Below, piece by piece: positions 56,346 through 67,804 of a stretch of DNA of 124,000 nt (position 1 is the stretch's first letter; each line of letters begins with the position of its first letter). Location: positions 144,001 through 268,000 of the forward strand of contig NZ_JMCB01000003.1 of the NCBI RefSeq assembly GCF_000737315.1, read 5' to 3'. The translations under genes and the position numbers were made by a program. The notes under the pieces were generated by a model that worked only from the letters and a program-made list of their open reading frames with translations, did not search any database and was not told where the DNA came from. Source of the DNA: Hyalangium minutum. GTDB taxonomy: Bacteria > Myxococcota > Myxococcia > Myxococcales > Myxococcaceae.

Positions 56346-56349
56346 GAAC

Positions 56350-57516
56350 TCAGGCCTCCGCGCGAGGCTGGAAGCCGTATGGGTCCGTCTTGTGCTTCGG
56401 CTCGAACCCTTCGAGCGATGGGGCGATGCGGATCAGCCCCATGGCCAGCATTCGGTGCATCGAGCGCGCTGCTCCCGCCTCACCCATGGCCGCCGTGCGC
56501 AGCGCCTGGCGGATCGTCACGCTGCCCCGGAGCTTTGAGTACAGGTAGAGATCATCCGCGGTTAGCGAGGAGGGCAGGGGACGCGGCAGTGGCTCGAAGA
56601 TGAGGCGCCCGTCCATGGAGAACAGCTCGTCACAGAGCGCCAGCGTGAGCTTCACCTCCGCGTCCCGGTAGAGCGCGTGTGCCTCGGGGACAGGGCCTCG
56701 CTCCAGCACTTGCTCCACCACTGCGAGCGCGTGATCGTACTTGCGCTCCTCCACGAAGCTCCGGGCTGCGTCCAGCAGCTCCTGCTCCTGGAGTTCTTCG
56801 CCCATCGAGTTGTTCTGCGCCCGTTGCGGCGCCAGCACCCCGCGCCGGTACAGGTGCATCAGCCGCCTCGCTACGAAGATCCGCGACTCCTTGCCCGATG
56901 CGAGCAGCTCCGCGAGCGTGGCCCCCGACTCCGCTCGCTTCATCAGGACCGACTCCTCCTCCGAGAACCGCCCCACGGAGTGCTCACGGAAGACGTAGAA
57001 CGTCGTGTCCATGCCCGGGAACACCGTGCGGAACGTCCGCCACTCGCGGCGCCGCGACAGCGCGTCCCGGTGCAGGCTCGTCAGCGGCATCTTCAACTCC
57101 ACTGCCTGCTCCAGCGACGGCAGCTGCAGCGTGAACTCCACCTCGCCCGAGTCCCAGTTGTAGCAGTCGAAGAACGCCTCGCGCGCCTTGTGCTCCAGCG
57201 CCTCCAACAGCCGCGGCAGCTCCACGAACTGCTGGCGCACCAGGAACGCCCCGTAGGGCAGCTTCGCCAGCTCCGCCGCCTCGAAGGCCAGCGCCGCCCG
57301 GGGCGCGTCCAGGATGCCCAGGTCCACCAGCACCTGGCCCAGGTGCTCGGCCGGCGTGTTGGAGCCTTCGCCCACCAGGAAGCCGTCCTTGAAGAAGAAG
57401 TAGCGGATCACCGAGCCGCGCTCGACCCTCAGCGTGCCTCGGGCCTTGCGCGACAGGAGCGCAGGGATCACCACCTCCATCGAATAGTGAGTGAGGCCTC
57501 CCTTGAAGTGCTCCAT
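56350..57516 (-). CDS. DUF4388 (PatA-N-like) domain protein
   Basis: G.L....RG....YFFF.DG, LGQVLVDLG, FFDCYNW..GEVEF. Confidence 0.7.
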   Translation of the reverse strand: MEHFKGGLTHYSMEVVIPALLSRKARGTLRVERGSVIRYFFFKDGFLVGEGSNTPAEHLGQVLVDLGILDAPRAALAFEAAELAKLPYGAFLVRQQFVELPRLLEALEHKAREAFFDCYNWDSGEVEFTLQLPSLEQAVELKMPLTSLHRDALSRRREWRTFRTVFPGMDTTFYVFREHSVGRFSEEESVLMKRAESGATLAELLASGKESRIFVARRLMHLYRRGVLAPQRAQNNSMGEELQEQELLDAARSFVEERKYDHALAVVEQVLERGPVPEAHALYRDAEVKLTLALCDELFSMDGRLIFEPLPRPLPSSLTADDLYLYSKLRGSVTIRQALRTAAMGEAGAARSMHRMLAMGLIRIAPSLEGFEPKHKTDPYGFQPRAEA

Positions 57517-57743
57517 GCCGCCTTCTCCCCTGTGAGCGAGTGCTTGCTCGCTTTCTGAGAAAGCTAATGGGCCCTCCCTCGTTGCTCAACCTCCCACCCC
57601 CCACAAACTGTTGAATTCATTGGAGTCTTCCGGGGTTGTCCCAAAGTTCCGGGTTGAGAAAGGGCAGGGGCCTCATGGGGCGCTACGGACCCGGGCGAAT
57701 GTTTGACCCCCTGGGGGGCCACTGCTAAGGGGAAAGGCCTGAT

Positions 57744-58602
57744 GTGCTTGAAGGACGTCCGGTGACCGATGCCCGCCGCACGCCGCCCGACGAGGGCTCC
57801 AGCGATGCAGAGGTGCCCCGCTCACCCGGGGACGCCTTCCGTATTGCTTTGCCCAACTTCGAGGGCCCCCTCGATCTTCTGCTGCACCTGATCCGCGAGC
57901 ACCGGGTCGACATCTTCGACATCCCCCTCGCGCTCATCGTCGAGAAATACCTGGAATACCTGGAGCGGATGCGCGAGTTGAACCTCGACATCGCCGGTGA
58001 GTTCCTGGTGATGGCGTCCACCCTGGCGCACCTCAAGAGCCGCATGCTGCTGCCGCGCCAGGATGTGGCGGCCCAGGAGCAGGTGGGCGAGGTGCTCGCG
58101 GTGGAGGAGCAGGGGGATCCGCGCGCGGAGCTGGTGCGGCGGCTGCTCGAGTATCAGAAGTACAAGGACTCGGCGGAGCAGCTGGCGAAGCAGGATCTGC
58201 TCGGGCGCGATGTGTTCACGCGCAACGTGCCGGTGGAGGCGGTGCCCATCCCCGAGGAGGAGGTGGGGCTGCAGGAGTTCTCCGTCCTCAAGCTGATCGA
58301 GTCGCTGGATCGGGTGCTGGAGCGCCTGACCCCGAAGGTGCAGCACGAGGTGGTGCTCGAGCGGCTGAGCCTCTCGGAGGCCACCCTGCGGGTGATCGAG
58401 CGGCTGCGCGGTCAGGAGCAGGTGACGTTCGTCAGCCTGTTCCCGGAGGGCAGCACGCGGCAGGAGATTGTCATTACGTTCCTGGCGATCCTGGAGATGG
58501 TAAAGCGGCGCCTCATCCGGGTTCGCCAGGAAGAGCCCCTGAAGGACATCTTCCTGATGCCCAACGGAGACGCGCTGGAGCGGCTGGCCCCCACGGAGGT
58601 GG

Positions 58603-58622
<20 letters not shown>
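57744..58622 (+). CDS. scpA: Segregation and condensation protein A
   Basis: FEGPLDLLLHLI, EFLVMASTL..LKSRMLLP, TFLAILEM. Confidence 0.95.
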
Positions 58623-59598
<976 letters not shown>

Positions 59599-59620
59599 CG
59601 GGCACGAAAGCATCACGAAT

Positions 59621-61699
59621 ATGGCTGCTGAAAGACTTCAGAAGTACCTGGCTCGCGCGGGAGTGGCTTCGCGCCGGCACGCAGAAGAGCTCATCACCGC
59701 AGGCCGTGTGCAGGTGAACAACGAGACGGTGACCGAGCTGGGCAGCCGGGTGGAGCCGGGCAAGGACCTGGTGAAGGTGGACGGAAAGCTGGTGTCTCCG
59801 CCGGAGAGCACCTCCTATTACCTGCTGTACAAGCCGGCCGGCGTGGTGACGACGCTGTCGGATCCCCAGGGCCGCCCCACGGTGGCCAGCTACGTGGAGG
59901 ATGCCGGTACGCGCCTGTTCCCCGTGGGCCGCTTGGACTACGACGCCGAGGGAGCGCTGCTCTTCACGGATGACGGCGCGCTGGCGCACAAGCTCACGCA
60001 CCCCAGCTTCCAGGTGCCTCGCACGTACCTGGCCAAGGTGAAGGGCTCGCCGGACTCCGCCACGCTGGGCAAGCTGCGCGGCGGTGTGCGGCTCGAGGAC
60101 GGCATGGCCACGCCGCTCACCGTGGATGTGTTCGAGCAGGCCGAGCGCAACACGTGGCTGAAGATCGTGGTCGCCGAGGGCCGGCCTCACCTCATCAAGC
60201 GCCTGTGCGCGGCGGTGGGGCACCCCGTGGTGCGCCTGTTCCGGCCGAACTACGCGGGCATCGGCGTGTCTGGGCTGCGGCCGGGACAGCTGCGCCCGCT
60301 GTCGAACAACGAGGTGCGTCTGCTCCAGGACGTGGCCGAGGCCCGCATGGCTCCGCCCGAGGGAGAGCTGAACCTGCCTCCGCGCCGGCATGGGCGGTCG
60401 GCTCCGGGCTTCGAGGCGGCGGAGGACAGCGGCGACGACTACGAGGTGGAGACCGAGGAAGAGTCCGCTCGGCCCGAGCCCGTGGTGGTGAAGCTGCCTC
60501 GGAAGGATGCGGATGCCGCGGCTGCGGCGCCCGCGGCGGAGCGGCGCCCGCGGAGCCCCGCGGGCCGCGAGATGAAGGAAGGCGGCACGGGGCTGGCCCG
60601 GTTCGGCCGTTCGCGCACGGGCGCTCCAGGCGCTGGCGGCGATCGTCCCAAGCGCAGGGAGTGGGACACGCGCGGTGATGAAGGCGAGCGTCCCGAGAAG
60701 CGCGAGTGGAAGCCGCGTGGTGAGGGTGCTGGCCGTCCTGAGAAGCGCGAGTGGAAGCCGCGTGGAGAGGGTGCTGGCCGTCCCGAGAAGCGCGAGTGGA
60801 AGCCGCGGGGTGAGGGCGCGGGCCGTCCTGAGAAGCGCGAGTGGAAGCCGCGTGGTGAGGGTGCGGGCCGTCCTGAGAAGCGCGAGTGGAAGCCGCGTGG
60901 AGAGGGTGCGGGCCGTCCTGAGAAGCGCGAGTGGAAGCCGCGGGGTGAGGGTGCTGGTCGTCCCGAGAAGCGCGAGTGGAAGCCGCGCGGCGAGGGTGCT
61001 GAGCGTCCGGAGCGTCGCGAGTGGAAGCCGCGGGGTGAGGGTGCAGGCCGTCCCGAGAAGCGCGAGTGGAAGCCGCGTGGTGAGGGTGCAGGCCGTCCCG
61101 AGAAGCGTGAGTGGAAGCCGCGCGGTGAGGGCGCGGGCCGTCCCGAGAAGCGTGAGTGGAAGCCGCGCGGTGAGGGTGCTGGCCGTCCCGAGAAGCGCGA
61201 GTGGAAGCCGCGCGGTGAGGGTGCTGAGCGTCCGGAGCGTCGCGAGTGGAAGCCGCGCGGTGAGGGCGCTGGCCGTCCCGAGAAGCGCGAGTGGAAGCCG
61301 CGCGGCGAGGGCGCTGGCCGTCCCGAGAAGCGCGAGTGGAAGCCCCGCGGTGACGGTGCTGGCCGTCCCGAGAAGCGCGAGTGGAAGCCCCGCGGCGAGG
61401 GTGGAGATCGCCCGGCTCGCAAGACCTGGAGCCCTCGGGGCGGGCCCATCGGTCCGGCCTCGCGTGGCGCGGGCCGGTTCGGCCGCCCGGGTCGCTCCGG
61501 AGGCGCCGCTGGGGATGCACGGCCCGAGCGCCGGAGCACTCGCTCGGAAGAGGGAGGAGAGGCCGGCGGAGGCTTCGTCGACTGGCGCAAGCGCAAGCAG
61601 AGCGATCGTGCGCCCGGGACTCCCTGGGACTCGCGGCGTCCGGCGCCAGGCGGCGCTCGGGGGCCTCGCAAGCCCGGTGGCCCTCGCAAGCCTCGCTGA
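59621..61699 (+). CDS. rluB: rRNA pseudouridine synthase RluB-like with long repetitive basic tail
   Basis: ERLQKYLARAGVASRR S4 domain, VGRLDYD..G; follows scpB. Confidence 0.9.
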   Translation: MAAERLQKYLARAGVASRRHAEELITAGRVQVNNETVTELGSRVEPGKDLVKVDGKLVSPPESTSYYLLYKPAGVVTTLSDPQGRPTVASYVEDAGTRLFPVGRLDYDAEGALLFTDDGALAHKLTHPSFQVPRTYLAKVKGSPDSATLGKLRGGVRLEDGMATPLTVDVFEQAERNTWLKIVVAEGRPHLIKRLCAAVGHPVVRLFRPNYAGIGVSGLRPGQLRPLSNNEVRLLQDVAEARMAPPEGELNLPPRRHGRSAPGFEAAEDSGDDYEVETEEESARPEPVVVKLPRKDADAAAAAPAAERRPRSPAGREMKEGGTGLARFGRSRTGAPGAGGDRPKRREWDTRGDEGERPEKREWKPRGEGAGRPEKREWKPRGEGAGRPEKREWKPRGEGAGRPEKREWKPRGEGAGRPEKREWKPRGEGAGRPEKREWKPRGEGAGRPEKREWKPRGEGAERPERREWKPRGEGAGRPEKREWKPRGEGAGRPEKREWKPRGEGAGRPEKREWKPRGEGAGRPEKREWKPRGEGAERPERREWKPRGEGAGRPEKREWKPRGEGAGRPEKREWKPRGDGAGRPEKREWKPRGEGGDRPARKTWSPRGGPIGPASRGAGRFGRPGRSGGAAGDARPERRSTRSEEGGEAGGGFVDWRKRKQSDRAPGTPWDSRRPAPGGARGPRKPGGPRKPR
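60689..61408 (+). repeat. 16 x 45-bp coding tandem repeat (RPEKREWKPRGEGAG)
   Basis: Unit starts every 45 bp from 60689 to 61364; variant AERPERR at units 8 and 13. Confidence 0.95.
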
Positions 61700-61794
61700 C
61701 GCAGCGCGCAGGGGGCGTGTTCACCTCGGCTGAGTTCTTCCGGCCGGGGCTGATATAACCGGTCGTCCATTCAACGTTTCCTTCTCGGAGTGCG

Positions 61795-63921
61795 ATGAGA
61801 ACCGGCGTGCGCCCCCTTGTCGTCGTCCTGTCCCTGGCCCTGTTCTCCGGGTGCCAGGGCAACCGCGATCAACTCCTCGCCGACCTCCAGAGCCCCCGGC
61901 CCGAGGTCCGCGCCCACGCGGTCAAATCGCTGGCCAAGCAGGGCAACGCGGAGGATCTGGTCCTCTTCTCCCGCGCCGCCAAGGACATGGCCTCCATCGT
62001 CCGGGGCGAGGCCGCCGCGGCGCTCGGCGAGAGCCAGGATCCCCGCGTGGTGGATCTGCTCGGCGAGCTGCTCGAGGACGCCGACGAGGATGTCCAGGGC
62101 CGAGCCGCCATGGCACTCGCCAAGGTGAAGAACGACAAGGCCAAGGCGTACCTCACGCTCCAGTATGGCCGCCGGGGCCGGAAGACGCGCCAGATCATCG
62201 TTCAGGCGCTGAAGACCGCCAACGTGCCCGGCGCCATGGCCGAGTCCGTCGCCGCAGAGTCCAAGGCCATCTGGGATCGCAACCTGCTCGCGCTCAACGA
62301 GGGCACGCTCCCGGAGCGCGTGGGCGCCGCCGAGGAGCTGGGCAAGAGTGGCCGCCCCGAGGCCATCAACCGGCTGCTCCCCCTGGTTCGTGACAGCCAG
62401 GTCGTCATGGCCGCCGCCGCCGTTCGCGGCCTGGGCGATGCGGGGGATCGGCGCGCGGTGCCCGCCATTCTCCTGCTGCTCGACGAGAGCTTCCCTGATC
62501 TGCGCGAGGCCTCCATCGGCGCGCTGCGCAAGCTGCAGGATCCTTCCTCGGTACAGAAGCTCCAGGCCGTGGCCGTGGAGAAGAGCGCCGTGAGCGCGCT
62601 GGCCACGGACGCCATCGCCGCCCTGCCGCGCACGCCCGAGACCGAGAAGGCGCTGTGCACCATCGCGATCGAGGGCGCCCGGAAGGAGGCCATCGATGCG
62701 GCCCGCGCCATGCGGACGAAGGGGTGCCCGCTGGAGCCCATCATCGAGAGCCTCTCCCGTAACAGTGGCGTCGAGAGCGGGCTGCAGGCGGTGATCGGCC
62801 TCGGCCCGTCGGCCCAGGGCGCACTGCCCAAGGTGCTGCCGCTGCTCACGTCCTCGGACTCCGTGCAGCGCATGCTGGCGGTGGAGGCCGTGGCCGCCAT
62901 CGGGGATGCCTCCGCTGCTCCGGCGCTCCAGAAGCTCTACGAGCAGGAGCTGAAGGCCATCGAGGGGCCGCGCCAGGACTGGGTGACGGCGGCGCTGCCT
63001 CAGGTCTACGGCTCCGGCTTCGATCCCTCCGCGCCCGCCGCCGAGTCGGAGGACTCGCAGGGCCACAAGGACGGGGCCAAGGGCTCCAAGCAGGTTCAGC
63101 TCTTCGAGCGGGTCCGGGCCCTCAATGCCCAGCGTGCTCGCGAGGCGGGCCGCGTGCTCGTCCAGCCGCGCGTGCCCACGGAGCTCTATGACGATGTGGA
63201 GCCGCTGAGCCTCCAGCCGCTGGCCGCAGTGCTGCGCGCGCTTGGAGCGGTGAAGGCGCCTGGGGCGCTCGAGCTGCTCAAGGGCTATGCGGGCGACCCC
63301 AACGTGACGCTGCGCACCGCGGGCCTGGTCGGGCTGGCCCGGCTGGGACCCGAGGGTGTGGAGGCCGCGAAGGGTGGCATGTACGAGGCCGAGAGGGATC
63401 TCCAGAAGGCGCTGGCTGAGGCGCTCGCGCAGCAGGGCGAGGCCGGGCAGGCCGTGCTGGTGTCCATGCTGCCGCAGTTCGCCAGCGAGAAGCTGGTGCT
63501 GCTCGACGCGCTGAACCAGTTCGGGGCTCCGGCCTCGGCCTCGGAGGCGCTGCAGGCGGTGGTTCGCGAGGGCGGAGCGGAGGCGGTGCTGGCGGCCAGC
63601 GTCCTCGGCAGGTTGAAGGCCAAGGACGCGGTGCCCACGCTCTCCAAGGCGCTGGATGAGCCCGCGAGCGTGGCGCGCCGCGAGGTGCTGCTGGCGCTGG
63701 GCGAGATCGGCGACACCCAGGCTGCCGAGGTGGTGGCCCGGGACCTGTACCACGACCAGCCGGAGGTCCGGTTCGCGGCGGCCTCGGCGCTGCAGAAGAT
63801 CGGCACTCCGGCGCAGGGGGAGGCGCTCGACGCCCTCAAGAGCGACTATTATCGGAGGGTCCGCGATGCGGCCAGCGCGGCGCTGGCGAAGAACGGCACC
63901 GCGGCGGAGGGGGCTCGCTGA
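61795..63921 (+). CDS. HEAT-repeat lipoprotein
   Basis: LFSGC lipobox, repeated VR..AA.ALG.. units. Confidence 0.85.
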   Translation: MRTGVRPLVVVLSLALFSGCQGNRDQLLADLQSPRPEVRAHAVKSLAKQGNAEDLVLFSRAAKDMASIVRGEAAAALGESQDPRVVDLLGELLEDADEDVQGRAAMALAKVKNDKAKAYLTLQYGRRGRKTRQIIVQALKTANVPGAMAESVAAESKAIWDRNLLALNEGTLPERVGAAEELGKSGRPEAINRLLPLVRDSQVVMAAAAVRGLGDAGDRRAVPAILLLLDESFPDLREASIGALRKLQDPSSVQKLQAVAVEKSAVSALATDAIAALPRTPETEKALCTIAIEGARKEAIDAARAMRTKGCPLEPIIESLSRNSGVESGLQAVIGLGPSAQGALPKVLPLLTSSDSVQRMLAVEAVAAIGDASAAPALQKLYEQELKAIEGPRQDWVTAALPQVYGSGFDPSAPAAESEDSQGHKDGAKGSKQVQLFERVRALNAQRAREAGRVLVQPRVPTELYDDVEPLSLQPLAAVLRALGAVKAPGALELLKGYAGDPNVTLRTAGLVGLARLGPEGVEAAKGGMYEAERDLQKALAEALAQQGEAGQAVLVSMLPQFASEKLVLLDALNQFGAPASASEALQAVVREGGAEAVLAASVLGRLKAKDAVPTLSKALDEPASVARREVLLALGEIGDTQAAEVVARDLYHDQPEVRFAAASALQKIGTPAQGEALDALKSDYYRRVRDAASAALAKNGTAAEGAR

Positions 63922-63922
63922 T

Positions 63923-66169
63923 ATGGAGATGCGCAAGCTCAGGGACAAGGCCACCGAGGCCTTTGCCAAGGGCCGCTTCTCCAAAGCCGCGGAGTTCTAC
64001 GAGGAGTATTGCAAGGGCGAGCCCAAGGACTACCAGGCCCGCCTGCGCATGGGAGACGCGTGGGCCAAGGCCGGTCAGAAGGACCGCGCTATCTCGGCCT
64101 ACCAGCTGGCTGCCACGGGCTTCGCGCGAGAGGGTTTCCTGCCGCGCGCCATCGCGGCCAGCAAGCTGATCCTGGAGCTGGACCCGGCCCACAAGGGCAT
64201 CCAGCAGATGCTCGCGGACCTGTACGCACGCAAGAGCGCGGGAGGCAACGGGGCGCCGCAGCAGCCCGCGAGGCCCCCGCGCCAGGTAGAGCTGCCCACC
64301 TTCACCGAGCACATGGGCACCTCGATGGGGCCGGCTGTGGCGCCGCTCGAGCTCCCCGAGGAGGACGAGGCCCCGCCCGCTCCTGCTCCCGCGATGGCCT
64401 CCCCTCAGAGGGCCATCATCCCGCCGCCACCGTCGGCTCCGTCTGCGGTGACCGGCTCGGCCGTCGAAGCGCTCCCCGAAGAGGAGGAGGAGATCGCCGT
64501 CGTCCAGGGTGTGCCGCTTACTCCACTGCCGCTGGCTCCGAGTGCCGTGGCGGCCATTGCGGCCCAGTCACAGCCGCCCGCTCCCGCGGCTGGCGGGGGG
64601 GCACCGCTTCCGCCACAGCCCGCGCTTCGTGCGCAGCCGCCCGCTCCGGCTGCTGCGGTACCCGCGCCTCAGGTCCAGCCAACGCCTCCCGCCGCGGCTC
64701 CTGCGCCTCAAGCCGTGGATGCGCCTCGTGCTGCCGAGCTTGTAGGGCCTTCGGTGCCTGCCGCGCCTCCGGGCCTGGCTCTGCGTAGCTCCATGCAGCG
64801 TCCGCCCGTCGCCGCATCCACTCAAGCTTCTCCCTCAAGGCCTGCCGAGACCGCTCCGGTTCCCGTGAGCGCTGTGTCTTCGCCCGACGAGACCGCCCTC
64901 GAGGTGGACGTGGGCATGGGAACAAAGAAGCTCTCCTGGTCTGCCATCAGTGAGCCGCTGATCTCCGCGACGTCCTCGGGGACTGCTTCCGCGAGCGAGA
65001 CTCTGGCTCAGGCGCAGCCTCCACTGCCTTCCACCGCACCGGCTCCTGCCAGCGCCGCACCGCCGGGACTTCGGCCTCGCCGGAGCGGGGAGGGCGGAAC
65101 GGCCGATATGTCCGTGACGCCCGCGCCAGGACGGTCCGCCGTGGTGCCACCCGGCCAGGTGCCCGCGAGCCCCAATGCGTTCACGGAGCTGGAACTGGAA
65201 GAGGACACGCTGCTCCACGCGGTGGAGGAGGCGGCGCTCGCAGGAATGAAGCAGCGCGCCGCGTCCGGCCTCGTGCCTCCGCAGGAGGAAGAGGAAGAGA
65301 TCATCCTCACGGACGAGGTGGAGGAGACGCCTTCTCCGAACGCCCTGCCGACCATCCCGCTCTTCTCGGACCTGCCGCGCGAGGCCTTCATCGATCTGTT
65401 CGAGAGGTGCCCGCTGCGCCACTTCTCGCAGGGGGCGCACGTCTTCGAGCAGGGCAGCCACGGTGACGCCTTCTACGTCATCTGCGAAGGCAGCGTGCGC
65501 GTGTTCCGCTACGAGAACGGGCAGCGCAAGGATCTCGCGGCGCTGACCAGCGGGGCCTTCTTTGGCGAGATGGCGCTCTTGTCGGGGGCGCCGCGCATGG
65601 CCGCGGTGGAGAGCGCGGTCGATGGCACGATGCTGCTGGAGATCTCGGCGCCGGTGCTGGCCGAACTGTCGCGCCAGCACCCGCAGCTGGCGAAGGCGCT
65701 CAAGAAGTTCTGCCGCGAGCGCATGCTGACGAACGTGATGAGCCACTCGGCGCTCTTCGAGCCGTTCAGCCGGAAGGATCGCCGCACGCTGGTGGAGAAG
65801 TTCCGGGCCCGCGAAGTGAAGAAGAACGAGATCATCGTCCGCGAGGGCGAGCGGACGGACGGGCTCTACGTGGTGCTCTCGGGCGAGGTGGAGGCACGCA
65901 AGGGCGATCAGGTGCTCTCGCGGATGAAGGAGGGCGATCTGTTCGGAGAGATCTCCCTGCTCTCGAAGACACCGGCCACGGCGACGGTGATGTCCACGCG
66001 GCACACCTCGCTGCTGCGACTGCCGCGCGAGGACTTCGATGCGCTGATCCTCTCCCACCCGCAGATCCTGGTGCTCATCTCCGAGCTCTCCGAGCAGCGG
66101 CTGCGCCGCACCGAGGCGCTCACGGGCACCCTGGTGTTCGAGCTGCGCGCCGAGGATCTGCTCGTCTAG
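63923..66169 (+). CDS. TPR + tandem cyclic-nucleotide-binding domain protein
   Basis: N-terminal TPR, Pro-rich linker, two cNMP domains (FFGEMALLSGAPRMA; LFGEISLL..TPATAT). Confidence 0.88.
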   Translation: MEMRKLRDKATEAFAKGRFSKAAEFYEEYCKGEPKDYQARLRMGDAWAKAGQKDRAISAYQLAATGFAREGFLPRAIAASKLILELDPAHKGIQQMLADLYARKSAGGNGAPQQPARPPRQVELPTFTEHMGTSMGPAVAPLELPEEDEAPPAPAPAMASPQRAIIPPPPSAPSAVTGSAVEALPEEEEEIAVVQGVPLTPLPLAPSAVAAIAAQSQPPAPAAGGGAPLPPQPALRAQPPAPAAAVPAPQVQPTPPAAAPAPQAVDAPRAAELVGPSVPAAPPGLALRSSMQRPPVAASTQASPSRPAETAPVPVSAVSSPDETALEVDVGMGTKKLSWSAISEPLISATSSGTASASETLAQAQPPLPSTAPAPASAAPPGLRPRRSGEGGTADMSVTPAPGRSAVVPPGQVPASPNAFTELELEEDTLLHAVEEAALAGMKQRAASGLVPPQEEEEEIILTDEVEETPSPNALPTIPLFSDLPREAFIDLFERCPLRHFSQGAHVFEQGSHGDAFYVICEGSVRVFRYENGQRKDLAALTSGAFFGEMALLSGAPRMAAVESAVDGTMLLEISAPVLAELSRQHPQLAKALKKFCRERMLTNVMSHSALFEPFSRKDRRTLVEKFRAREVKKNEIIVREGERTDGLYVVLSGEVEARKGDQVLSRMKEGDLFGEISLLSKTPATATVMSTRHTSLLRLPREDFDALILSHPQILVLISELSEQRLRRTEALTGTLVFELRAEDLLV

Positions 66170-66900
66170 AAGCGCGGTCCGCCACGCAGCCGGGCGAAAT
66201 ATTCCTCGCGTGAGAGGGCACCTCGGGTCTCCAGCACCTCGAGGAGCGCGCTCAGCGAGCGGGCCTGGTTGGCCACCATCTGCTGCAGATCCGCCACTTG
66301 CTGCGTGAGGACGTCCACGCGCTCCTGAAGCTCCGCCTCCCGATGCGAGGAGGGCCGGGGTGTGGGTGGCGGGGTGAACTCGTATGTGGGCTCGCGGAAC
66401 CCGAACTGCTCAGGGTTGGCCGTCGAGTTAGACGCGCCACCGTAGTAGTACTTCCGGATGGCCCGCTCGATGGCCGACGCGCTGCTCACCACCACCTGGA
66501 TCTTCTGGTTGGTGTGGAAGGCCAGCTCCTGCAGCGCGTCCACGTTCGTCGGATCCGAGCTGGCCAGCGTCAGCGTCTTGTGCGCCACGTCCACGGCGAC
66601 GGGGAAGACGCTGTAGCGCTCGGCCAGATCGATCCGGAAGAGCTGGAGCAGGTGCTCGGGCGGCGTCAGGGTGTCCAGCTCCATCGCGGGGATGTGCAGC
66701 TGGCGGGAGAGGGCGTGGACCATGGAGCTCTCGTCCACGAAGCCCATCTGCACCAGCGTATGGCCCAGCTTGCCGCCCCACTTGCGCTGCTCGGCAAGGG
66801 CTGAGCGAAGCTGGGTCTCGGTCAACAGGCCGGCGTCCATGAGGATCTCGCCGAGCCTCTTCTTTCGACTGGGGGGAGGATTCGACGCGGGAGGGCTCAC
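66166..66900 (-). CDS. Stand-alone MshEN (T2SSE_N) domain protein
   Basis: RLGEILMDAGLLTETQLRSALAEQ + KLGHTLVQMGFV; no ATPase domain. Confidence 0.85.
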   Translation of the reverse strand: MSPPASNPPPSRKKRLGEILMDAGLLTETQLRSALAEQRKWGGKLGHTLVQMGFVDESSMVHALSRQLHIPAMELDTLTPPEHLLQLFRIDLAERYSVFPVAVDVAHKTLTLASSDPTNVDALQELAFHTNQKIQVVVSSASAIERAIRKYYYGGASNSTANPEQFGFREPTYEFTPPPTPRPSSHREAELQERVDVLTQQVADLQQMVANQARSLSALLEVLETRGALSREEYFARLRGGPRF

Positions 66901-66964
66901 ACCCCGAGGCTAGCAGCCGTTCACCGGGCTGCAACCCCATGGCACGTTGAGGTATGTGTGGGGA

Positions 66965-67804
66965 ATGGCGCGATGCGTGTTCCTGTCTGTTCTGGTGTTG
67001 CTCTCGGGCTGTGCCACTTCGCGGCTGTCCGGTGCGGAGCTCGACCGTGTGGTCCAGCCCGCCTTCATCTCCCGCATTGAAATCGAGGCCGGTCCCAAGA
67101 GCCTCGTCTTCCGCGAGGACGATGCGTACGGCGACAAGCTCAAGAAGCTCGAGCCCAAGGAGGCCGATCGCCGTCTCCAGGCCAAGCTCATGAAGGCGGT
67201 GACGCGCTTCGAGATCTCCGAGCGCCTGCGTGTCGGCACGATCCAGCAGCTCCCGCAGGAGCGGCCGTGGACGAACACGGTGGATCCGGCGCGAGTGGCC
67301 TCGGCCCTGGAGAGCTTCCTGGTGGAGGAGGTGCCGGCGAACGCCCCCGACTACGATCTGTTGCTCCCGCTGGGCGTGGACACGGTGGTGGAGTTCGTCA
67401 TCCAGGACTACGGCATGCGCAGCGACAATGGCCACGCGGGTGCGTACGTGAAGGGCTATGGGCGCATGTTCCGGCTGGCGGGCCGGAGTGAGATGTGGCG
67501 CCGGTCTTTCTCGGTGGATCAGATCGAAGCGGGGGAGCCGCACCTGGATCCCCTCAAGGTGGGCAAGGATCCGGATCTGTTCCGCCAGGCCATCACCTCG
67601 CTGCTGGATGTGGTGGCGGAGCAGTTCGCGAAGGATCTGTCGCCCAAGGACCGCCGGGGGGGGCCGCCGCTGCCAGTGGAAGGGGGCCCGGACATCCACG
67701 CGCCATCGGACAGCACGAACCGTACGGGCCGCGAGAATGAGCCGCCTTCGAGAAGGCCGGAGCCAGAGCTGCCCGCGGGCGAGCTGCCGGATCCTGACCC
67801 GTGA
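66965..67804 (+). CDS. Hypothetical lipoprotein
   Basis: LLSGC lipobox. Confidence 0.7.
   Translation: MARCVFLSVLVLLSGCATSRLSGAELDRVVQPAFISRIEIEAGPKSLVFREDDAYGDKLKKLEPKEADRRLQAKLMKAVTRFEISERLRVGTIQQLPQERPWTNTVDPARVASALESFLVEEVPANAPDYDLLLPLGVDTVVEFVIQDYGMRSDNGHAGAYVKGYGRMFRLAGRSEMWRRSFSVDQIEAGEPHLDPLKVGKDPDLFRQAITSLLDVVAEQFAKDLSPKDRRGGPPLPVEGGPDIHAPSDSTNRTGRENEPPSRRPEPELPAGELPDPDP

Noticed and set aside
60689-61408. Regular 45-bp repeats resembling a CRISPR array
   Set aside because: Head-to-tail with no unique spacers, in frame within rluB, no cas genes
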